32,000 bases of DNA from Candidatus Scalindua sp. Its GTDB lineage: Bacteria; Planctomycetota; Brocadiia; Brocadiales; Scalinduaceae. Positions 16,296 through 24,063 of this stretch are shown here, piece after piece; position 1 is the stretch's first letter, and each line of letters starts with the position of its first letter. The position numbers were made by a program, and so were the translations under genes. The notes below the pieces were generated by a model, which saw only the letters and a program-made list of their open reading frames with translations, did no database searches and had not been told where the DNA came from. Location: positions 191,792 through 223,791 of the forward strand of contig JALDRB010000003.1 of the NCBI GenBank assembly GCA_031316155.1, given 5' to 3'.

Positions 16296-17504
16296 CTACA
16301 GTCTACTAAATATATTTGTTACGTTGTTTCCGCCGAATGCAAACGAGTTATTGAGTACACAGTTGACTTTCCTTTCTCTCCCTTCGTTCGGCACATAATC
16401 TAAATCACATTCAGGATCAGGGGTTTCGTAATTTATGGTAGGCGGGATAATATTATTCTTGATTGAAAGGCAGCTTACGACAGATTCTATTGCACTGGCA
16501 GCGCCCATTGTATGGCCTATCATGGATTTTATTGAGCTGACAGGGATATCTTTTGCCCGCTCTTTGAAAACAGATTTGATCGCCAATGTCTCCATTCTGT
16601 CATTTAAGGGGGTACCTGTTCCATGTGCATTAATATAATCAATATCCTTATAGGAGAGTTTTGCTTCTGATAGGGCATCTAGCATCGCCTTGATTGCCCC
16701 TGCACCTTCGGGATGAGGGGCTGTCATATGATGGCCGTCACAACTCATTCCATTACTCATCAATTCTGCATAAATGTCCGCACCTCTTTTTTTTGCAAAA
16801 TCAAGGGTTTCCATCACCATTATTCCGGCACCTTCCCCGATAATGAGTCCTTTCCTGTCTCTGTCAAATGGCTGGCACTTTACCGGAGCCAGGGCCTTTA
16901 AATTGTGAAAATGAGTAAATTCGGTTTGCGGTATCAGTTCGCCTCCGCCTACAAGCATCACATCAACCATACCGCCCATCAGGAGATCATATGCCCATGC
17001 TATGGCATGGTTGCCGGAAGAGCATGCATTTAACGAAACCATGTTTGGGCCTTCAAAACCAAAATCCTCAGAGAGCAGGGTCGTTATGGATGATGGCGGG
17101 TATGTGAGAGCGACGTTCATGTCAAAACCATTGGCTTTCTCTTCAGGGGAATTCCGTAACAGGAATTCAAATGGGGGTAGTTCACCGGCAAGAGTTCCGA
17201 TAGCAATTCCAAATCTCTCACAATTGTATTTTGTTCTATCATGCAAACCGCTGTCTTCTAAAGCTTCTTTTGCCGCTGAATAGGTATATTTGTGTATCGT
17301 GTTAGCGGTAGTCTCGTTTTTAAAGACGGTATCTATTTTGAAATTCTTCACTTCACATGCACGGTGGATTTTATATTGTGAAGTGTCAAATGAGGTAACG
17401 TCTCCGGCGCCATCTTTACCATGAACAAGAGCGTTCCATGCATCTTTAACTCCTATACCATTAGCGATCACCAGACCCAAACCTGTAATAACAACTCTTG
17501 ACAT
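16296..17504 (-). CDS. fabF: Beta-ketoacyl-ACP synthase (FabF/KAS II-like), catalytically complete
   Basis: 402 aa. Active-site Cys in SLNACSSGNHAI, His in INAHGTGTPLND, His in IGHTMGAASA. C-terminal NSFAFGGNN. Confidence 0.9.
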   Translation of the reverse strand: MSRVVITGLGLVIANGIGVKDAWNALVHGKDGAGDVTSFDTSQYKIHRACEVKNFKIDTVFKNETTANTIHKYTYSAAKEALEDSGLHDRTKYNCERFGIAIGTLAGELPPFEFLLRNSPEEKANGFDMNVALTYPPSSITTLLSEDFGFEGPNMVSLNACSSGNHAIAWAYDLLMGGMVDVMLVGGGELIPQTEFTHFHNLKALAPVKCQPFDRDRKGLIIGEGAGIMVMETLDFAKKRGADIYAELMSNGMSCDGHHMTAPHPEGAGAIKAMLDALSEAKLSYKDIDYINAHGTGTPLNDRMETLAIKSVFKERAKDIPVSSIKSMIGHTMGAASAIESVVSCLSIKNNIIPPTINYETPDPECDLDYVPNEGRERKVNCVLNNSFAFGGNNVTNIFSRL

Positions 17505-17687
17505 GTTAATTCCTTCTGTAATTCAAAAACAGATATGATTTGCTTCTCAAAACTCAGGCATCCCTGCAAAAGATTAACATTATCGACCTAACCTGATTCC
17601 GAGAAAAAATTCTGCGGACTTAGTTACAACTGTTCGAGAAACCCTGTATCGGGACAGATAAGAGGTAGAGAAAAAAACAGCATTTAT

Positions 17688-19157
17688 TTATGACTTAACA
17701 CTTGCCAGGTCAATATTTTTACGATTCTTTATTTTCTCATAGTGTTCACGTGCCTCCTCGTAAACACCAGAAGCCTGTAATTTTTTCAAGTTTTCTAATA
17801 AATGGTGAAAGACATACTGCCAGTCAAGATTGACCCTGAAGGCAAACATTGCCGCGTTTAGATTGTTTAACTCTGTTTTTGCTTTTCTGAATTTTTCCCT
17901 GATAACATCAGTAGAGTAAATGTTCTCATAGACATACTCCAGACCGTCAATAAACTCCTGAAGCGAGAGACCAGACAATACATAGGTTAGATGGTGTGAA
18001 GTATAATAGATCCAATCTTCGGGGAAATTTGTTCTAAAGAGTCTATTTACTCCGTTAAGTCTATGATATAAGGGGGTGTTAATAAAGGGGCATAAAATAC
18101 CACAAGTCATAATATCAATTTTCGCATCTAATATGAAATCTACAACTTCTTTAAAACTTTCCGGGGTATCACTGTCATTTCCAAAAACCATGGTGCCCCA
18201 CACAGCAAGGCCATGTTTTCTGATATTCTTAACCGCCTCTTTATATTTTTCTACGGTTATACGCAGGTTGACGCCCTTATTCATTGTCTTTAATGTCTCT
18301 TCATTGATTGACTCTATGCCGATGAGGACTCCGACACAACCACTCTTTACCATGTACTCTAATGTCTCGTCATCCTGATAAATATTTAATGAAGTAAACC
18401 CGAACCAATTCTGGTATATGCCTCTTTCCACCATCTTTTTAAAGAGGTTTCGAACCCTTTCGTTTGACTTCTTGCTATGCCCGTAGAAATTTTCATCAGT
18501 GAGGATAAGCCCCCTGTACTCCCCTTTTATTTTCTCCAGTTCATTTAATACGTCGTCGATCGGCCTCTCTCTGTACTTTCTTCCCTGAAACTGAGGAACC
18601 GAACAGAATTCACAACTAAAGGGACATCCTGCAGTCGTTATGATACCGGAGTAGCGATACCGGTACTTATTCTTTAAAAACTCTCTATCAGAAAAAAGGT
18701 CTTTATACATCTCCATAGGTGTAAGACCGCCATCATACATTTTCTTGAGATTGTTGTTCTCAAAATCTGAAATTATCTGTTTCCAGACCGTAACAGCTTC
18801 TCTAATTATTACAGAATCAACATATTTGGCCGCTTCTTCGGGATAACTTGTTGCATGTACACCACCCATGATAACGGGGATCCCTCTTTTTTTGCATGCG
18901 GTAGCTATCTGATATGCCCTGTTAGCCTGATAGCTCACAGACGTGATTCCTACGAGATCAGGTTTTTCAAAACACAAATTTTCACCTTTTTCATCAACTG
19001 CCAGCTCCTGTGTCTCGTCGATAATGTCAACTTCCCAGTGATCGGGTGTCAGCCTCTTCAGATATCCCAGGTTAACGGGCATCTGGTTTAATACGGAAAC
19101 ATTCTCCTCGCCGACATTACCAATGGGATGAGGATTTATCAGTATTAATTTTTTCAT
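17688..19157 (-). CDS. B12-binding-domain radical SAM enzyme
   Basis: 489 aa. CxxxCxxC motif in TAGCPFSCEFCSV. The N-terminal ~140 aa form a cobalamin-binding-like Rossmann region (PDLVGITSVSYQANRAYQIATACKKRGIPVIMGGVHAT). Confidence 0.9.
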   Translation of the reverse strand: MKKLILINPHPIGNVGEENVSVLNQMPVNLGYLKRLTPDHWEVDIIDETQELAVDEKGENLCFEKPDLVGITSVSYQANRAYQIATACKKRGIPVIMGGVHATSYPEEAAKYVDSVIIREAVTVWKQIISDFENNNLKKMYDGGLTPMEMYKDLFSDREFLKNKYRYRYSGIITTAGCPFSCEFCSVPQFQGRKYRERPIDDVLNELEKIKGEYRGLILTDENFYGHSKKSNERVRNLFKKMVERGIYQNWFGFTSLNIYQDDETLEYMVKSGCVGVLIGIESINEETLKTMNKGVNLRITVEKYKEAVKNIRKHGLAVWGTMVFGNDSDTPESFKEVVDFILDAKIDIMTCGILCPFINTPLYHRLNGVNRLFRTNFPEDWIYYTSHHLTYVLSGLSLQEFIDGLEYVYENIYSTDVIREKFRKAKTELNNLNAAMFAFRVNLDWQYVFHHLLENLKKLQASGVYEEAREHYEKIKNRKNIDLASVKS

Positions 19158-19534
19158 TTTTTAAATTAGCTCCTTTCACTCGCTAATTTAATCTTATTTT
19201 GCTGCGCAAAATGATTTACAAAATATAGATTCATTATTTAAGTCTTGTTTTTGGTTCAGGCTCTGCTAGGTTTTCAACCCTTCTCGTGTTATTTTAATGA
19301 ATATCTGAATACTAATCAATTTGTATGGGAATTTCCATTTTAAATATTAATTAATCAATGTATTACACTGTTTATGTGTGCTAGCACATACCCAAAATGG
19401 CGTTAAGCAACAACATGGATGTCGTTTGTTGCAATTTTGAAAGAGTAATGCAGGATGCACTAAATCAACGGTATTTTACACTATTTTCTTTTATTATCAA
19501 GTCCATGTTTTATTTATCTTTTGATACATTCATG

Positions 19535-19637
19535 AATTTCAGTATTTCCTCTTTTTTTGGGCTGAAGGCGCAAGTTCAAAATCCCTAAAACTGCCATGGA
19601 AGGCAGTTTTAGCTTTTGGAAAAGTTAGCCAGGATGG
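19535..19637. repeat. Dispersed ~105-nt repeat R1, copy 1
   Basis: gaatttcagtatttcctctttttttgggctgaaggcgcaagttcaaaa...ttttggaaaagttagccaggatgg matches the reverse complement of 31762-31869 by eye. It contains a strong hairpin. Confidence 0.8.
19585..19612 (-). terminator. Candidate bidirectional intrinsic terminator downstream of acpS
   Basis: CTAAAACTGCC / GGCAGTTTTAG form an 11-bp stem with a 6-nt loop. T-rich tracts flank it on both strands. It lies about 60 nt downstream of the acpS stop. Confidence 0.45.
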
Positions 19638-19672
19638 TCTAACTTGCTGGTTCTTTCATCTGGTATTTCAGT

Positions 19673-20053
19673 TTAACTGTCTGCACGTGTTACCAGCAAT
19701 GCATGTGCGACTGCGTATTCTTTACAATGTGATAAAGAGATTGAAATCTCACAGATATTCTTTTCAATTGCCATCTCTTTTACCCTGCCATAGAGATTTA
19801 CATAGGGTTTTCCCGATTCTTCGTTCAGTGTTTCTACGTCAGTCCACTTCATCCTTTCTCTCAAGCCGGTTCCAAATGCCTTGAGAACAGCTTCTTTCGA
19901 TGCAAAACGGGCAGCATAATGTTGGAAACAGTTCTTCTTTGATTGGCAATATTTTACCTCATCTTCCGTAAAAACCCGCCTGACAAAACCCTTATGTGAG
20001 AGGAAAATTTTTTCTATCCTTTTTACTTCAATAATATCAATACCCGTATACAT
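19673..20053 (-). CDS. acpS: Holo-ACP synthase (4'-phosphopantetheinyl transferase AcpS)
   Basis: 126 aa. MYTGIDIIEVKRIEK...RVFTEDEVKYC...AARFASKEAVLKAFG...ISLSH is the typical AcpS pattern. Confidence 0.9.
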   Translation of the reverse strand: MYTGIDIIEVKRIEKIFLSHKGFVRRVFTEDEVKYCQSKKNCFQHYAARFASKEAVLKAFGTGLRERMKWTDVETLNEESGKPYVNLYGRVKEMAIEKNICEISISLSHCKEYAVAHALLVTRADS

Positions 20054-20487
20054 CGTAGAATAGTGCCCTTATTTTTTCGATATTTCTATAAATGTCAGTT
20101 CTATAATCGTTTGTCATCAGGGAGTGGAGTCATGAAAAGGTGAACCGGGCGGGGGGTGCTTACAGAATTATTTTGCATAAAAATAGGTATTCTTTTATCA
20201 TCTCATAATTCGCTGTAACTGTTGGATTTTATCGGTTGTACGATTCGTTGTCAACTATAATATCATCATTGGAATGTGTGGGAAAAATCATCACTGTCCG
20301 TTTAGATTTTTTCATCTTTTTTTATTGCCCCAAAGGTGTCATACCTGCATGATTCCCGCTTTACACATGCGGGAACAAACGTTAGCGGAAATCCAGGAAG
20401 AATGAACATCTGGTTTTCTGACAAAGGAGTTCGGCTATGACAAAAGACGTGGGTGCAGATTTCTAACCGGGACATAACCGGGGAAAA

Positions 20488-21828
20488 ATGGAATTAACAG
20501 AAAGAAATTTAAATAAAAACATCATTAAGCTGGCTCTTCCTGTTGCCCTGGAAAACGTCTTACACATGGCAGTTTTCATCGTGGACATATTCTTGGTTGG
20601 CCGACTGGGAACAGCTCCTGTTGCTGCAGTCGGATTAGCAGGTGCCTTAAACTTTATTATTTCAATGATTTTCTCTGCCCTGAATGTCGGGACAACCACA
20701 CTTGTGGCAAGGAATATTGGTGCAAAAGAGACGGGAGAGGCTCAAAAAGTTGCCGGGCAGTCAATATTTTTGTCACTGATACTGGGAGTGATTATAAGTC
20801 CCTTTGTCTTCACCTTTGCAGATAATTTTTTGATGGCAATGTCCGCTGAATCTGATGTTGTGATGTTAGGCTCACCTTATCTGAAGATTATTTCGAGTTT
20901 CTTTATTTTGCGTTTAATAATCTTAACGGGAAGCGCAATATTCAGAGGGGCAGGTGATACCCGAACACCAATGTTGGTTACTCTTGTCATGAATTGTGTG
21001 AATATTTTGTTTAGCTGGCTTCTGGTTTTTGGCATAGGATTTTTTCCACGGATGGAGGTGTCCGGAGCTGCATGGGGTACATCAATTGCCTATGTAACCG
21101 GAGGTGGATTTATATTCTATAAACTCTTATGCAGTAAAAGCACTTTGACGGTAAAACTGAAATACATCATAAGCATCCGGAGAGCCAGGATACAAAGAAT
21201 ACTACGGATTTCCCTGCCCGCCATGTTAGACGCCTTGTTAACTCAGATTGGTTATCTTTTTTTTATCAAGATAGTCGCTATCCTGGGAACTGTCTCTCTT
21301 GCCGCTCACCAGATTGCCCTCAGAATAGAGGCCGTATCATTTATGCCGAGTTATGCTTTTGCTGTGGCAACAGGTACACTCGTAGGACAAAGTCTTGGCG
21401 CAAAGAAAATTGATCTTGCAAGATTGAGTATGAAGAGGAATTGCCTGATTGCCCTTATGGTCATGGGTTTTTTTTCCATTCTATTTTTAACCCTTCCGGA
21501 ATACCTGTCAAAGCTGTTCCATCCGGAAGAGGAGGTTCTTGCTCTCAGTACACTCTGTGTAATGATCGCTGCCATAGAACAGCCTGCATTGGCCATATAC
21601 ATGGTTTACGCCGGAGGTTTGCGCGGCGCAGGCGACACCCTGAGCCTGATGGTCATTACGATAGCGGGTACATTATGTTTTCATTTACCGGTTGCCTATA
21701 TTTTTGGAATCGTGCTAAAATGGGGTCTGGCAGGAATATGGTTCGGTGTGGCGCTTGATTGGGTCATTCGTTCAATAGCCGTATACGTCGTCTTTAAAAT
21801 GGGGAGATGGAGGAATATAAAGGTATGA
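20488..21828 (+). CDS. MATE family efflux transporter
   Basis: 446 aa with about 12 hydrophobic helices. The N-terminus NIIKLALPVALENVLHMAVFIVDIFLVGRLG and the internal duplication (ILRISLPAMLDALLTQIGY) are typical of MATE/NorM. Confidence 0.9.
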   Translation: MELTERNLNKNIIKLALPVALENVLHMAVFIVDIFLVGRLGTAPVAAVGLAGALNFIISMIFSALNVGTTTLVARNIGAKETGEAQKVAGQSIFLSLILGVIISPFVFTFADNFLMAMSAESDVVMLGSPYLKIISSFFILRLIILTGSAIFRGAGDTRTPMLVTLVMNCVNILFSWLLVFGIGFFPRMEVSGAAWGTSIAYVTGGGFIFYKLLCSKSTLTVKLKYIISIRRARIQRILRISLPAMLDALLTQIGYLFFIKIVAILGTVSLAAHQIALRIEAVSFMPSYAFAVATGTLVGQSLGAKKIDLARLSMKRNCLIALMVMGFFSILFLTLPEYLSKLFHPEEEVLALSTLCVMIAAIEQPALAIYMVYAGGLRGAGDTLSLMVITIAGTLCFHLPVAYIFGIVLKWGLAGIWFGVALDWVIRSIAVYVVFKMGRWRNIKV

Positions 21829-22583
21829 AAATTGTTTTTCTTGGTACCGGAACTTCATATGGTGTGCCTATGATAGGTTGTGAATGCAGTGTCTGCACGT
21901 CTGACAATCCAAAAAACTCTCGGATGCGTTCTTCAATTCTGGTCTCCGGGAGAGAATGTAATATCCTAATAGATGCCGCACCGGAACTGCGGATTCAGTG
22001 CCTGAATAATGCCGTAAAGAAAGTGGATGCCGTATTGTTAACCCACCCTCATGCTGACCATGTATTGGGGTTGGATGATTTAAGGCATTTCAACTTAAGG
22101 TACAAAACGAATATTCCCGTATATGGATCTCAGGAAACAATGAATCATATACATAAAATGTTTTCATATGTATTCGAAAAAACTCTTTCTGAAAGCAGTA
22201 AGCCGGAATTTACCCTGAAACCCATAAACGGGATCCTGAACATTTCCGGTCAGAAAATAATCCCCATAGAAGTTATGCATGGGCAGGAACAGGTGATTGC
22301 ATACAGGCTTGACAATTTTGCATATGTAACCGATGTCAGCCACATACCATCCGATTCTATGGACAAGTTAAGGGGGCTCGACCTCCTGATCCTTGATGCA
22401 TTGAGGATGCGTCCACACGAAAAACACTTCAGCATCGAACAGGCCATAGATATTGTAGCGAGGCTAAAACCCAAACAGGCACTGTTTACACACATAGCAC
22501 ACGAGGTGGATCATGAAAAGACAAATAGTTTGTTACCAGAGGGCATTAAGTTAGCATATGATGGATTGACAGTTGAGATATGA
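21825..22583 (+). CDS. MBL-fold metallo-hydrolase, PhnP-like
   Basis: MKIVFLGTGTSYGVPMIGCECSVC... and LLTHPHADH motifs. I prefer ATG 21825 over the track start 21807, because GGAGG at 21809-21813 would be inside the longer ORF. ATG 21825 overlaps the MATE stop as ATGA. Confidence 0.85.
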   Translation: MKIVFLGTGTSYGVPMIGCECSVCTSDNPKNSRMRSSILVSGRECNILIDAAPELRIQCLNNAVKKVDAVLLTHPHADHVLGLDDLRHFNLRYKTNIPVYGSQETMNHIHKMFSYVFEKTLSESSKPEFTLKPINGILNISGQKIIPIEVMHGQEQVIAYRLDNFAYVTDVSHIPSDSMDKLRGLDLLILDALRMRPHEKHFSIEQAIDIVARLKPKQALFTHIAHEVDHEKTNSLLPEGIKLAYDGLTVEI

Positions 22584-22983
22584 TTGTGAGAAAATGAATT
22601 TTTCCCATTTAACATACATTACGGCCAGAATTCTTCTCTCAGGTATTTGACGATACCTGTATGATAACTATAAGCTATAATGGCTGTTACAAATAATATT
22701 GACAACAAATCAGCCGTTTGATAGCATTGCGATGGAACTAAAGGGACGGAAAAAATGTTTATGACACCAGTGGATTAAGAGCTTTTTCTGATTTGGGAAG
22801 CAAAACAAAAAACATGCATTGTGTGTCCGCTTCTCAGGAAAAAAGCATAACGATAACGTGCTTAAGTAATATTATAATCTCAGGATAACTATATAAAGTG
22901 TTAAGTTCCCAGCTATTTCAGATAGGATATTTTCTTAAGCTATTCCCATATTTGTGTGCTTTTACCTTTATTGGAGGAAATAC

Positions 22984-23481
22984 ATGAAAAGCAAAATAAC
23001 TCTTTCTATTATTGGGATAGTGGCTGTATCGGTTCTTACTACAGGCTGCTTGACAACTACACAAAAAAGTGCCGGGGTCGGTACCGGTATAGGAGCAGCA
23101 CTTGGAGCCGGTATTGGTGCTATTGTAGGTGATCCTGCCATGGGTGCTGCAATCGGTGCAGGGGCAGGTGCTCTGGGTGGAGCGATGGTGGGAGACAATA
23201 TGGACAAAAAGAGGGAAGAGAGGGAAAAAGCAGATTTGGAGAGGCAACTAGAGCTTGAAAGAAGATCCAGCTCCGGTGAAGGGAAAAATTATATTGAAGG
23301 ACACTATGAATATGTGAAGAAAAGAAAATGGGTAGACACCTCAAAGAAAGAGAGAGTGTGGGTCGACGAACGTATTGAAGGAGACAAAAGGGTCGAGGGA
23401 CATTATGAAGAAAGAGTTGTGCCTTCAGGCAATTGGGATGAATATGAAGAAAAGACATGGATACCTGCGCACTACGAATAA
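22984..23481 (+). CDS. Lipoprotein with glycine-zipper domain and charged EGHYE-repeat tail
   Basis: I prefer ATG 22984, with GGAGGA at 22973-22978. The lipobox is LTTGC. The glycine zipper is GVGTGIGAALGAGIGAIVGDPAMGAAIGAGAGALGGAMVG. The C-terminal motifs EGHYE / WVD recur. Confidence 0.7.
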   Translation: MKSKITLSIIGIVAVSVLTTGCLTTTQKSAGVGTGIGAALGAGIGAIVGDPAMGAAIGAGAGALGGAMVGDNMDKKREEREKADLERQLELERRSSSGEGKNYIEGHYEYVKKRKWVDTSKKERVWVDERIEGDKRVEGHYEERVVPSGNWDEYEEKTWIPAHYE

Positions 23482-23590
23482 CAAAGCTCCTATGCATTCT
23501 GAAGCCGACTATGCTATCGTTAGCGACACAACGAAAAGCCTTTTATATCAAAAAAACCATGCCCGATTTAAGTAACTTCCGGCGATATCG

Positions 23591-23730
23591 AATATACTCA
23601 TCTTATAATGGTTTTCGGATAAAATCCGAGAAAAAACGGAGCGAGTAAAGTCCTCGGCGCTTTATGTCCGGGGATACCTTCACCAAGATTTGGTTTTTAG
23701 AAAAATCTAAAACCAAATCGGTTTTAGTAT
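23591..23730. repeat. Dispersed repeat R2, short copy
   Basis: aatatactcatcttataatggttttcggataaaatccgag...aaaaccaaatcggttttagtat aligns with the reverse complement of 31291-31482, apart from two hairpin insertions present only in the latter. Confidence 0.8.
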
Positions 23731-24063
23731 ACATATTGGAACTGCCAGGTAACTCTGCTCAAGCTTGATTGATATTTATACAGACAAGCAACAGTACATA
23801 CCTGATGATCAAAAAAAATCGATCGAAATAGTTTGTTATATTTTGACCGATTGATAATCACTAAATCATACTACCGCCTTGCCAATTATTCGAAACGATT
23901 CATTCAAAGATCACTGCTGGTGACAAGAAATTTGTCTTATAACTTACCTGTTATGTGTTCAAAAACATTCCCGGAATACCTTCGCCTCTGTTACTTTTTT
24001 TAACTGGTAAAGTGTCTCGTTTTATGGAAAAATAGAAAAAAACCTGAGTATAAGGAAAAGAAA

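Noticed and set aside
19397-19588. ORFs 19397..19588 (+) and 31687..31920 (-) sharing the peptide FF(G/A)LKAQVQ.
   Set aside because: The shared peptide comes from the R1 nucleotide repeat. The rest of each ORF is unrelated, and there is no start context.
19571-19590. tRNA T-arm-like string GTTCAAAATCC inside repeat R1.
   Set aside because: There is no complementary T-stem, acceptor stem or anticodon arm. The second R1 copy does not keep the string.
20340-20487. Possible riboswitch (e.g. guanidine class) in the long leader of the MATE transporter, including hairpin TTCCCGC-n9-GCGGGAA at about 20351-20375.
   Set aside because: I could not match any riboswitch consensus (no ykkC-type conserved cores, and no paired ACGR-loop hairpins). 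Only generic hairpins are visible.
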